NCBI GenBank assembly: GCA_964230645.1
Contig: CAXRHT010000002.1
Span: 576,001 to 640,000, forward strand
Reading direction: 5' to 3'
DNA: 64,000 bases
DNA from: Bdellovibrionales bacterium
GTDB taxonomy: Bacteria > Bdellovibrionota > Bdellovibrionia > Bdellovibrionales > JAGQZY01
Positions 34,915-47,000 of this stretch are shown here, in pieces. Position 1 is the first letter of the stretch. Each line of letters starts with the position of its first letter. A model generated the notes under the pieces. The model was not told where the DNA came from. It did not search any database and saw only the letters and a program-made list of their open reading frames with translations. A program made the translations under genes and the position numbers.

Positions 34915-36300
34915 TTAATCCCAGGTTCCCGCGTCGGGAACTTGTAACTTGCGATTAATCACCTCTTTAATTTCCCTCAAATCCGCTTGAGGTCCGAGAA
35001 CTTCTCCTGAAACAAAAATCACCGGACCAGAATAAATGCCAAGATAGCGGGCATATTTTTGGTGGTAATCGAGCATTGCAAGGGCTTGGTCACTTTGCAC
35101 ACAGTCTAAAACTTTTTCTTTGGATAAATTTAACTCCCCAATGACTTGAAAAAGGTTCTCGTGCGTCTGAACGGAGTAGGACTTCCTTGTTTTATTGAAA
35201 TAATTGAGAAACGACTCGGGGCTGAGTTTCCACACACAGTAGTCCACTTTATTATGAAGAAGATGGTAAGAGTTTTGGCTTGCAATAATGGGACGCAACT
35301 CCAAACGAAGTCCCTCATAGTCTTCAAAGAGTTTGCTGATCTCGGCAGCCAGCCTCAGAGATCGTTCATTTTTATGATCGGTAAAAAGTGTTACTTCGAT
35401 CTCAGAGGCCTTTTCACCGAAGGCTGCGACAAACTCACTTTCTATTTGTAACTCGAACTGAGGAGGATCAAGTCGTACTTGAATAGGAAGACTGAGTAGG
35501 TATTTTTCTAAAAAGTAATCATAGTGCTTTTGACGACGCTGTTTTTGTAACCAGGCTTTTGCCTTTTCTGCTCCTTCTTCAGTGTTTGGAAAATTGCGGG
35601 AACGTCGGGCTTTTTCAATCTCACTAGGATCCAATTCACTAGGGAGAGACTTGTAGACGAAGTCTTCAAGGTAGTCTTGAACGTTGACTGCTTGGTCACG
35701 AGCTTCCCGCAGAACTCTTTTTTCCTTAATAATTTTGTCTATGCCTTTTAAACGAGCTTGAAACATTAGAGTTTCTAGTCGTCCCCATAAATAGCTTTCT
35801 TGGTTGAGATCCGATTCCACTATAACCTTCGCGTCCACCCGAGCCAGAGTTTTCGAAGACTCCTTTTCGGCTAAAAAAATCTTTGTCTCTTCTCGGTAAG
35901 GAAGACCAAACTGATTGAGTAAACTTTGAACTGAGCGCCCCACCGGCCCCAAATGGAAACTCACTCTTTTGGGAAGATTTTTCTCATAAGCCACATATTG
36001 CTGATATATCAGAGCAAAAAGAATCTCTTTTCTTTTTTGCTCAACACCTTTAAAAAAAGTCAGCCTCTTGACCTCTGAGTGGGTCACTCTTATGGAATCA
36101 GACTTAGCCAACCAGTCAGCCTTTTTCTCCGGCACGAATTTATAATAAAGCCTGGCCTCTGGGTTTTTCTTCTTGGCTTGAACAGAAACCTTTGGCGCAT
36201 GGGCTTGCGAGGAGGACTTTTCACTCCTCCAACAGGAACAACGGGTGAGGCTTAAGCTCATGGCTAGGCCCATGAGAAGGGGCCATTTGAGAGAATTCAT
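34915..36300 (-). CDS. Second SurA-N-like plus DsbA-like protein lacking CXXC (paralogue of 30622..31971)
   Basis: Shared motifs LIYQQ(Y/F)V, RSV.SLLNQ(F/Y)G, WG.L.T, DY.LEKYL, A.YLGI..GP; LFTDHKNERS at the expected CXXC position; start ATG 36300 with a lipoprotein-like signal. Confidence 0.7.
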   Translation of the reverse strand: MNSLKWPLLMGLAMSLSLTRCSCWRSEKSSSQAHAPKVSVQAKKKNPEARLYYKFVPEKKADWLAKSDSIRVTHSEVKRLTFFKGVEQKRKEILFALIYQQYVAYEKNLPKRVSFHLGPVGRSVQSLLNQFGLPYREETKIFLAEKESSKTLARVDAKVIVESDLNQESYLWGRLETLMFQARLKGIDKIIKEKRVLREARDQAVNVQDYLEDFVYKSLPSELDPSEIEKARRSRNFPNTEEGAEKAKAWLQKQRRQKHYDYFLEKYLLSLPIQVRLDPPQFELQIESEFVAAFGEKASEIEVTLFTDHKNERSLRLAAEISKLFEDYEGLRLELRPIIASQNSYHLLHNKVDYCVWKLSPESFLNYFNKTRKSYSVQTHENLFQVIGELNLSKEKVLDCVQSDQALAMLDYHQKYARYLGIYSGPVIFVSGEVLGPQADLREIKEVINRKLQVPDAGTWD

Positions 36301-36610
36301 AGGTCTATGATAAGAAAAAAGAAAGACTCTGGCTATGAAGTTTTCCATAAGCCTCTGGCAAGAGGGAGCTTGTATTATGTGATTTGTGTAAGACTTTTAT
36401 CAAAATTGAGCGAAGGTTTCACTCACCAAGCCTATCGACTCAGTCATCACCCTATAATTTGCTCAACTATTTCAATGATTTATGGATTAATCACTAAAAA
36501 AGCAAAAAATGAAAGAAGTATAGAGTTGCCTGAACACCCCTGTCAGAGCCCTGTTAGCTGCCAAAAAACTATGCTAAAGGCTCCATCAAGCAATAACAAA
36601 GGGAGAAAAT

Positions 36611-37027
36611 ATGAAACATCTAATAACGATTTTAATTTTATTCACAGCTGGCCTGGCATCAGCTCACCAAAAAACCATCGACCAGAGCATAAACGACTTG
36701 GCCGACCAAGTGGTCTATGACCTTGAGATGCAAGATCTCTATGACATCCGTCTCTTAACTGATTTTTGGTATGAAGGTTCTCTTGAAGACTGCGAAAAGC
36801 TTTCACAAGGTGAGGCTTTCTCCGCTCTTGTCGACAATTACCGTCTTCCTCTAGAGGAGTATCAAACTTTTTACTACGAACTTTTTGAAGACCGTACTTA
36901 TTACGTATGCTCTGAGAGTGAATTCTATAACGCCGGTCATTACGCGGAAGGCAGTAAAAACAAAACCTCTTTTATATCTACAGACGGCAAAGTGCGCTTC
37001 CAAATTCAGTACACTTATATCGACTAG
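36611..37027 (+). CDS. Secreted hypothetical protein
   Basis: Signal peptide ending ASA, GGGAG RBS. Confidence 0.7.
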   Translation: MKHLITILILFTAGLASAHQKTIDQSINDLADQVVYDLEMQDLYDIRLLTDFWYEGSLEDCEKLSQGEAFSALVDNYRLPLEEYQTFYYELFEDRTYYVCSESEFYNAGHYAEGSKNKTSFISTDGKVRFQIQYTYID

Positions 37028-37048
37028 AATCATTTAAAGTTGTTGATT

Positions 37049-37080
37049 TCTTTAAGACTCCAATCTTGGAGTCTTAAAGA
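37049..37080. terminator. Perfect 15-bp inverted repeat (hairpin, terminator or operator)
   Basis: TCTTTAAGACTCCAA-TC-TTGGAGTCTTAAAGA between two co-directional genes; no long U tract. Confidence 0.5.
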
Positions 37081-37106
37081 TTCATAAAACCCTTATTGGT
37101 AGCTCT

Positions 37107-38096
37107 ATGAAGTTTTTATTATTTTTTATTCTTCTATTTTCAGTATCTCTTGCAGCCCATTCAAAATCCTCTCGCTATTACTCTTTAAGAATTAGTCAAA
37201 AAGAAGATTCCTCGGCTAGAGAAGATTTCGGGCACTGCTCTGGAGTCTATGATAAAATCGAAGAAGTTATCTACACGGCTGCTCATTGCTACCACAACAA
37301 AGCTTTTCATATTCGCACTAACAATGGCAAGCTTCTCTTTGATCTCAGTGAGGCTGAGTACTCCTATTATGAAAATGACTACGGTTTGGTCGACCTGTTT
37401 TCAATCCAAGGTTTTAATCCCATTGATGAACATAAGCTCATCTCTCAAGCTAGCCCTGTTGACTTTTCATCAATGCAGACGGACCGCCATTATGCCCTAG
37501 GCTTTCCTAGTCTTCACAAAACCGAAAGCCTGACCCGTCTCAATTGCTACAGGCTGGAAGACTTTAAAAATCATTTCATTTTTGAAATCGAGCAGGCTCT
37601 AGGAACCCAGCATTTGAAGTGTCCCTTCTACCAAATAGATCAAAATAGCTTTGATGATTTTACCCAGCATTCGGACGTGGCTGGCCTTTCTGGGGGTGGA
37701 GTTTTCCACAACAATGAACTTATTGGAATTATTTATCAGTTCGGAGACCGAAGAAAAGAGAACTTTGGTATTTACTACCAGTTTCAAAGCCTCGAGACTG
37801 ATGAGATTTCTCCCCTTTCGGTAGAAACCGCTAGAAGAAAATATCAGCTCGATAAGAAAATTTTTGAAGAAATTAAGGTTCCCAATCTCATTCAGACGGA
37901 ACTCAATTTATTTTTTTTGTTGAAGCTAAACATCTTTGATAACCGACAATCATTTATTAAAAATATTGAATGGCTCGACGATGAAACCCTACTTTTTGAA
38001 TTTATAGATTTTAACCCCATCGAAGTTCAGAAAAAAGATCTCAGCCACACCCTCCAAAGCTTCTTAAAAACCCTAAAGGTGCCTGGCTCCTTTTAG
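37107..38096 (+). CDS. Secreted trypsin-like serine protease
   Basis: Signal peptide; CSG...YTAAHC, GLVDLF, ALGFP, GLSGGGVF...LIGI. Confidence 0.8.
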   Translation: MKFLLFFILLFSVSLAAHSKSSRYYSLRISQKEDSSAREDFGHCSGVYDKIEEVIYTAAHCYHNKAFHIRTNNGKLLFDLSEAEYSYYENDYGLVDLFSIQGFNPIDEHKLISQASPVDFSSMQTDRHYALGFPSLHKTESLTRLNCYRLEDFKNHFIFEIEQALGTQHLKCPFYQIDQNSFDDFTQHSDVAGLSGGGVFHNNELIGIIYQFGDRRKENFGIYYQFQSLETDEISPLSVETARRKYQLDKKIFEEIKVPNLIQTELNLFFLLKLNIFDNRQSFIKNIEWLDDETLLFEFIDFNPIEVQKKDLSHTLQSFLKTLKVPGSF

Positions 38097-41000
38097 TTGT
38101 CGAAGCCGAAGGAGAGGGTTTCGTCTTCTTGTTCTTGGTAACCTGTTCGGGGTCCTGGTTGGTACCACATGATGAATTTATCACCTGGATTGACGGCTCT
38201 TAAGAGTCGTCCTTCATTCATTCCGTTATTTGGACCCCAGTAGTGGCGGAAAATATTAAAGTCGGATGTCCCCGTCATGGTAATTGTTTCCTCGACGGCA
38301 CCTGTGCCTAAATTCACCACTTCGACATCTATTGGATTTTCAGCGGCGATCGCCACCCAGTCCATATCTCCAGCAACGATAAAGTTTTCGCGGAACAGAG
38401 CGGGTGAAACCCAAGCGGCAGAAGAAAGACCATTAGAGTCGGCGTTACTGTTACCACCCATGACAAAAGGGGCTTCGGCTTTCATTACAAGTCCGGAATA
38501 CTCAGCCCCCGTATCTGGCACAGAGAAGATATTCCCAGCTGTTGCTGATTGAGTGTAGCTCGTAGAGTCTGAACGGTACATATTCACAATGCCTGTTCCT
38601 GATGGAGAAATATATCCCGTCCTTGAAGGGAAACCGATAAGCTTTTCGGCCGCCGGTGGAACAATTTGACCATCATCACGATAATTTGAACTGAAATGCA
38701 TGGCTATGAGCGCATCACTCACAACTTCAAATGCGCCATCTTGACCATCAGAATAAGTGTAACTATCCCCAGCATTCATAACTTCGGTTCGGCGTAACAC
38801 ACCATCTCTATAAAATTCTACAGTGCTATTCTCAAAAGCAAAGACCGAGAGCCTATGGGGCGTTGAACGAGTTCCCGTTACAAGAAAGTTTTTACCTGAC
38901 ATCCCACGATCTTGGAAACCAATGTGCATTCGGTTATTGAGGTTACCCATAGCATAAATCGGACCGTCGGCCTGTACTTGATCAAACTGCTGACAATTCC
39001 AATCTCTCACATCACCAGCATCCAAATTATCAGTTAAAAGAGTTCCACCACCTCGAGTCACTTCAATCGCTGTTCCATCGAATGCTGCCATAACTCGACA
39101 GTCATTGTCAGCGCCACCAAGGTTGATCGCAGTGAATAGAGTTGGATCAAAGAATGGAGTGTTCGGCCCCGTTTTAGCATCAATGATATTCGAGGCTGGT
39201 GCATCAGTACCATTGGATGCGACCACCATAAATTCATAATCCGTTGAAGGTGTTAAGCCTGTTACAGTTCCTGATGTCGCGTCCGTCACAGGGTCGACCG
39301 GTGCTCTCGTCCAAGCTCCTGCACCATCCAGACGATAAAATAATTTGTAATCCGACACAGGCGAACCGCTGCTTCCAGGATCAGTCCAGATCATCGAGAT
39401 CTCAGTTGAGGCCCGCTCGGCTAGTAGCAAGTCATCAACAGGATTAGGAGGTTGCGTTCTAAAGGACGGAGAAGAGGAAACAGTACTGATCTTTCCTGAT
39501 TCATCAATTGCTCTCACGTTCACAAAATAATCCACTCCGTTAGCAAGAGTAAAACTGGCGCCATCAACACCGTCAACAGGACGATAGGTTGTTACCAGTC
39601 CAATATCGAGCCAACCCATAGCATCAGTGGCTCCAGCGCTTGTACCAATTGAGATTTCATAGCGATCAAGATCACAATCATCGGTTGATGCGGCCCAAGT
39701 CGCTATTCTAGACTGTGTGCCCGTAGCAAAATCATTGAGTACAATAGTTCCACCACCAGGGGCCCCTGGATCATCAATATCCACTTCAAAAGGAACACCA
39801 GCTACAGCCAACACCGAATTATTACCGGCATTGTCTACAGTCCTGATTGTGGCGTAGTAAGGAGTACATCTTGCAAGTCCAAGACCTGTCAATTGATCAG
39901 AGTCCGCTTGGTTATCACCAGGGAAAGGAAGAGACTTCCAGCCACCCGCATCGTTTCCACCCAGAGGACTTGTTGAAATACCAATTTCTTGGAAATCCAC
40001 ATCAAGACTTGTAGAAGTGGTCCAGGTCACATTGGGAGAAGTCGACTGCGAATCATGCCAAACCGTAGCGTGAGCTATTGTTGTGGCTGCATTCGGAGCG
40101 GTTTGATCAACCTCGTAGTTAACGAAAGCAGTTGAACAGTTAGAATTAAATCCATTGGCATCAGTGAGATCCGCATAAAGAGCGGTTATTCCAAGACCCA
40201 GAGCCGAAGTCACTTGCACATCCACATTTGTTCCCGAAGAAATTTGCGTTCCAATTTCCGTTCCGCCAGTACAAGAGCTGTTTGCGTAAAGGCGAACTGT
40301 GGCTCCACTCGCTACAGCTCCCCCACTCACACGGATAAGAGGTGTGGTATCAGGACTCGGTGAAGAAACGGGATTCACGAATGCAAAAGTTGTCGGAGGA
40401 TCCGGCTGGTTCACACCTTCCCCTGTGATGGGGCGGGTGACCTGTTGAGCGAGAACTCCGTCATTGTAATCAATCAAAATGGTGTCGCCATCGACTTGTT
40501 CAGAGCTTGGCTGATAAGAAACAACAATATTACAAGAAGAACCGGCCGTGAGTGTTCCCGCACAATTTCCTCCCGTACCAGGGAAAGATCCACCGTTGAA
40601 ATCGTAAGGAGCGATTAGCCCACTTCCCGAAATTCCGCTGGCATCGGTTTGCCCGGTATTGTTGACCACAAAAGTTTTCGTTTTCAAGGATCCAGAAAGG
40701 GTGACACCGAAATCATAGGTGGGCCCATCGGATATCGTCAGAGTCGCAGGAGAGTTTCCTGTTCCTTGAATATCTCGCGCAACGGATTGTGTGGTCACAC
40801 CGTTGTTATAACTGATCGTAATTGTATCCGCGATCACCCCAGTTGAAGTCGGAGCGAATTCCACTTCGATATCACAATCAAGGCCTGGTCCAAGAGTGGC
40901 TGTACAATCCCCATTGTCTCCAGGAAAACTACCCCCAGAAAATCCAAAAGGAGCCGAAAGAGTGAGTTCACTAATACTAGTAGCAGCAAAACTTCCACCA

Positions 41001-44000
41001 TTTGTGATTGTAAAGATATGAACAGCCGAACCGTTTTGCACGACGCCACCATAGTTGTAGGGATCACTTTCTGAGATGGAAAGTGTAGCAGGATCGTTAG
41101 AGATTCCAGTCAGATCTCTTGTCGCCTGCTGAGGGCCCGCTCCATCATTGTAATCAATTTCAATGCTATCGTTGAAGGTTCCCGCTGTTGTTGGATTGAA
41201 GACAACAACGATATTACAGTCAGTAGTAATCACTGCTCCGCAATCTCCACCCGTTCCCGGATAAGTTCCACCTTTAAAGGTGTATGGAGCAGCAAGACCG
41301 GCACCGGTCACCGAGGTAGCCGCATCGTCGCCGGAGTACTGAACAGTAAAGACTTGTTCATTTGTGGAATTCGTTGCCACACTTCCAAAATCATAAGTCG
41401 GACCATTGGAGATTGTAAGAGTGGCCGGGTTTTGACCCGTTCCTTGGATCGACATATTGGCGGTTTGCACAACCACACCGTCATTATAATCAATCTCGAC
41501 GATATCAGAGGCTAGCCCTGTCATCGTTGGTTGAAATCTTAAAGAGATGGTACAGTTTGAACCAGCCGTTAAACTTGTTGTACAAGTTCCCGTGGTTCCT
41601 GGATAAGAGCCACCTTCAAATGTAAAAGGTGCGACGAGTCCTCCACCAGCCATTGAGGTGGCCGTCAATCCACCTGTGTTAGTGACGGTTAAAGAAATCA
41701 CGTCGTTGTTTCCAACGGTGACATTTCCAAAATCTTCTGGATTGGCCCCTGAAATTGTAAGGATCGCAGCTGGAACACCACTACCCTGAACTTGTCTTGT
41801 ACTTGTCGTAGCCGTCACACCATTATTGTAACTGAATTCAATCAGATCAGAATCCGTTCCCGTGCTTGATGGAGCGTAGCGAACCGCGATATCACAACTA
41901 GAACCATTTGCAAGTGAGCCAGCACAAGTTCCACCGGTTCCAGGATAAGATCCACCCACATAAGTAAATGGTGCGGCTAATCCCACTTCACTGATAGCAG
42001 TGGCTGGCACTCCACCGGTGTTTGAAACCGTGAAGACGTGGTTGGCTCCCCCACCCACAGCAAAAGATCCAAAGTTATAAGGATCGGATTCTGAGATGGC
42101 CAGTAAGGCCGGAGCGGCTCCCGTTCCTTGAATATCTAATGTTGTGTTGGTGACGATCGCACCATTATTGAAATTGAGTTCAATCTGATCGTTTTGTGGG
42201 CCACTGGCGATCGGTGAATAGGTCACAACCACATCACAAGAGGCTGTACTAGCAAGTGTGCCGGCACAGTCTCCGCCGACTCCAGGATAAGTTCCACCTT
42301 TAAATTCAAAAGGCGCATTCATGGTGGCGGCATCGGCAATGGCCGTTGCTGTCACGGCCCCGTTATTTGTAATTGTAAATGTGTACTCAACAGTGATCCC
42401 GTTAGGTTGGGTTCCGTAGTTGTAACTTGGAGCATCGACAAAATCCAAGGTGGCAGGACTTCCGGCCGTTCCTTGTAAATCTCTAGTGGCACTTTGGGCC
42501 ACAGCTCCATCGACGTAATCAATTTGAATACTGCCTGTATCAACGCCATTTGTTGCGGGTGTGTACTCAACAACAATCGTACAAGTTCCACCACCGGCAG
42601 CTAGGGTCGCACCACAAGTTCCACCGGTTCCAGGATAACCCGCTCCAAGAAAATCAAAAGGAGCTGCAAGTCCTGATTCACTGAGTGAAGAGGCGGCACT
42701 ATCGCCAGTATTTGTTAATGTAAAAGTATGAGTTCTTCTCCCGCCCGCTGCGATCAGACCAAAATCATAAGTGCCTGTTTCGCTGATAGTAATAACAGCC
42801 GGATTGATACCCGTTCCTTCTATGTCTCTAGAAGATGTTGTTGCAGCCGCACCATCGAAATAGTTGATCTCAAGAGTGTCGGCAATATTTCCCGCCGAAG
42901 TCGGTGCAAATCGAACGACGACAGTACAAGAGTCCGCTGAAGCGACAGTCGCTCCACAAGTTCCACCGGTTCCAGGAAAGGACCCGCCATTGAAACTAAA
43001 AGGAGCCACAAGACCACTTCCACCGACAGAGGTCGCCGAAACTCCACCCGTGTTTGTGATGTTAAAAGTTTTTAAGCGGAAGCCATTAACAGTTACAGGG
43101 CCATAATCAAAAGGATCGGTTTCCGAGATTGTTAATGTGGCCGCTGCAGAACCCGTTCCTTGAACATCACGTTCGGCATTTACCACAGTGGCACCATTGT
43201 TATATTGGAAATTGATGGTGTCCGGTTGAATCCCCGTTGTGCTTGGAGCAAATTCTATTACTACAGTACAACCACTGGCAGGAGCTAAGCTCGCCGTACA
43301 GTTTCCACCGGTTCCAGGAAAACTTCCTCCTAAGAAGCGGAAAGGTAAACCAAGACCCACTTCTGCAATCGAGGAGGCTGTGAATCCGCCACCGTTGGTT
43401 AGAGTAAAGGTATGAGTGGTTGAAGCTCCCACAGCCACATCGCCAAAACTGTACGGATCACTTTCAGAAATAGTGATCTGAGCCGGAGACACGGCCACAC
43501 CGGTGACATCTCGTTGAGAGTTTGTAACCACGGCTCCATTGTCGTATTGCACATTGATTGTTTCGTCATCAGCGGCACTGACAAGCGTTGGTGCGTATTC
43601 AATAGCGATATCACAACTAGCTCCAGAGGCCAGAGTCGCCGCACAGTCACCACCCGTTCCGGGGTAAGAGCCTCCAAGGAAACGATAAGGAGAAGCGAGG
43701 CCAATAATGGACATCGAAGTGGCTTGGAAATCACCTGTGTTAGTGATTGTGAAAATATGATCCGCGGTGGCACCTGTTGCCAATGTTCCGAAATTATAAG
43801 GATCACTTTCTGTGATAGTTAGAGTGGCTGGGCTGACCGCCACACCTGTTACATCACGCTCAACGGAAGCTGCGGCCACACCGTTATTATAATCAATTTG
43901 TACTGAGTCATCATCACTACCACTTAGACTCAGTGGTGCGTACTCAACAACAACCGTACAATTGGCGGCGGGATTAATCGTGGTTCCACATGTTCCTCCG

Positions 44001-47000
44001 GTTCCGGGATAAGATCCACCAAGGAAACTGTAAGGAACGGCAAGTCCTAAACCTGAAACGGAAGTCGCTTGCGAACCACCGGTATTTTGAACGGTAAAGA
44101 TATGAGTTTCCGCTCCCCCTACAGGAAGAGTGCCAAAATTATAAGGATCCGTTTCAGAAATAGTTAAGTTCGCAGCGGCCACCCCTGTTCCTTGAATGTC
44201 GCGATTGGCGTTTTGGGTTATCGCACCATTGTTATAGCTCATGCTAATTGTGTCCGTACTTAGACCTGTTCCCGCCGGAGCAAATTGAACATTCAGTGTA
44301 CATGAACCACCACTGCTCAAGGTCGCACCACAAGTTCCGGTCGTCCCTGGATAAGTTCCGCCAACGAAACCAAAACTTCCGCCGAGACCCACTTCTGCAA
44401 GGGCTGTCGCTGTAACACCTCCACCGTTTGTCACAGTGAAGATATGATTGTTCGATGCACTCACAGTTACATTTCCAAAATCAAATGGGTTGGATTCGCT
44501 TATGCTAAGGCTTGCAGGATCAGTCCCCTCACCTTCCACAGGATGAGAAGCGCTTGTCAAAATAGCACCATTGTTAAAATTGAGTTCAATATTATCTGAC
44601 TGAGGTCCATTAATGCTGGGTTCGAAGTTAACCACAATAGTACAATCAGCACCTGAGGCCAATGTTGGACCACAAGATCCACCCACTCCAGGATAGCTGC
44701 CACCTTTGAAACTAAAAGGGGCTGCCATTGTACCCGCATCGGCCATAGCTGAAGCCGTTACAGCTCCACCGTTAGTGACTGTAAATGTTTGTTCTGTCGT
44801 AGAACCTGTCGCTCTTGTTCCGAAGTCATAAGGTGACACTCCAGAAAAAATGAGTGTAGCGGGAGCTCCGGCACTTCCTTGAATGTCTCTAATCGAAGTT
44901 TGTACAGTCGCGCCATTGTTATAACTAATCTCGATCGAATCGCTGTTTGCTCCAATCGCCGAAGGAGAGTACTGCACGACGATAGTACAAGTGCCGCCAC
45001 CGGCCGCTAGAGTCGAACCACAATCACCACCTGTTCCAGGGTAACCACCACCAAGGAAATTAAAAGGCGCTGCAAGACCGACTTCACTCATTGCTGTCGC
45101 GGGACTCGCACCTGTGTTTGTCAGTGTGAAGGTATGAGACCTAGTTCCACCATTAGCAATGAGTCCATAACTGTAAGGATCACTTTCACTAATTCCGATG
45201 ACCGCTGGGCTAATTCCAGTTCCTTGAACATCACGAGTGGAGGTGGCTGAAGCCGCTCCATTAAAATAATTAATTTCTATCGTATCGTTAGATCCTACGG
45301 CCGAAGTAGGCGCAAACTCCACAACAACTGTACAGTTACTTCCATTGGGAAGACTGGCACCACAACTTCCGCCAGTTCCTGGATAAGAACCACCAAGGAA
45401 ATTAAAAGGGGAAGCCAATCCACTTCCACCCATTCCGGTAGCAGTCACTCCTCCGGTATTATTAAGTGTGAACGAGTAGCTCTTAGTGGCATTAACGGTC
45501 ACACTTCCATAGTCGTAAGGGTCGACTTCCGAAATTGTAATAAAGGCGGCCGCCGCTCCTGTTCCTTGAATGTCACGATCCGAAGCCACTGTGGCGGCCC
45601 CATTGTTGTAACTAAGAGAAATGGTGCTTGTGGCAAGTCCTGTTCCTGTCGGTGCGAATTCTACCACAAGGTCACAACTGGCAGAAGGTGCTAAAGTCCC
45701 CGTACATGTTCCACCCGCTCCAGGGAAACTTCCTCCCACAAAACGGAAAGGAAGACCAAGCCCCACTTCTGCAATCGAAGAGGCGCCAAAATTTCCACCA
45801 TTTGTGACAGTGAAAGTATGAGCGCGCGTGGCACCCACAGCCAGACTACCATAATCGTAAGGATCACTTTCGGTGATCGTAAGGTTTGCAGGATTCACTC
45901 CCGTACCAGTGATATCTCTATTGGAAGCCTGAGAGTTTACACCATCAAAATAGTTCATTGTTATCGTATCGTTATTTGTACCGGGAACCCCAGGAGCGTA
46001 CTCAATCACGATGTCACATGTGGCTCCGGCGGCTAATGTCGCAGCACAGTTTCCACCCGTTCCTGGATAAGTTCCACCAAAGTAGCGATAAGGCGCGGCG
46101 ATACCGTTTTCTAGGAGGCTCGTTGCTTGAAATCCGCCTGTATTTTCAATGGTAAATGTATGGGTGTTTGTCGCTCCGGTGGCTAGCGTTCCGAAATTAT
46201 AAGGATCGGATTCTGTAATCGTTAAAGTTGCCGGTGCAACGGCTACGGCTTGAAGATCTTTACTGGACTGCTGAGCGACAACACCGTCATTGTAATCGAT
46301 TAATAATGTATCATTGTCAGCGCCACTCACGGCAACAGGGGCGTATTCAATAACAATGTCACAAGAGGCTCCCGAATTAAGAGTCGCACCACAATTTCCA
46401 CCGGTTCCTGGATAGGATCCACCCACAAAAGAGTAAGGGGCTGCAAGTCCACTTCCCGCGATACTTGTTGCTTGGAAACCACCACCATTACTGATGGTGT
46501 ATGTGGCTGTACGAACCGCTCCTGTTGGACGCGTTCCGAAACTGTAAGGATCGGCTCCAGAAATAGTAAGGTTAGCAGGACTCACACCCTCACCTTCTAT
46601 ATCACGAGTGGCATTTTGCGTGGCCACACCATTAAAATAAGACATGGTGATCGTGTCGGCGTGCGAACCAGTGGCAATCGGAGCGTATTCGATCACTAAA
46701 TTACAGGAAGCACCGGCACTTAAACTAGTACTACAAGTTCCACCCGTTCCAGGATAAGATCCTCCCATGAATCGGAAAGGAGCACTGAGACTGACTTCGG
46801 CTAAAGAGCCAGCCACAACCCCGCCGGAGTTGTTGACTGAGAACGTATGAGTTCTTGTGGCTCCCGTCGCGAGAGTTCCAAAGTTATACGGATCACTTTC
46901 TGAGATCGCAAGACTTGCGGGAGCTGCCGCGGTACCCTCAACATCTCTAGTAAGAGATTGTGTGTTAACACCATTGTTATAGGTGATATCAATCGTATCG

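Noticed and set aside
36307..36720. 137-aa plus-strand ORF
   Set aside because: Spans a divergent promoter region and overlaps the better-supported 36611 gene in another frame.
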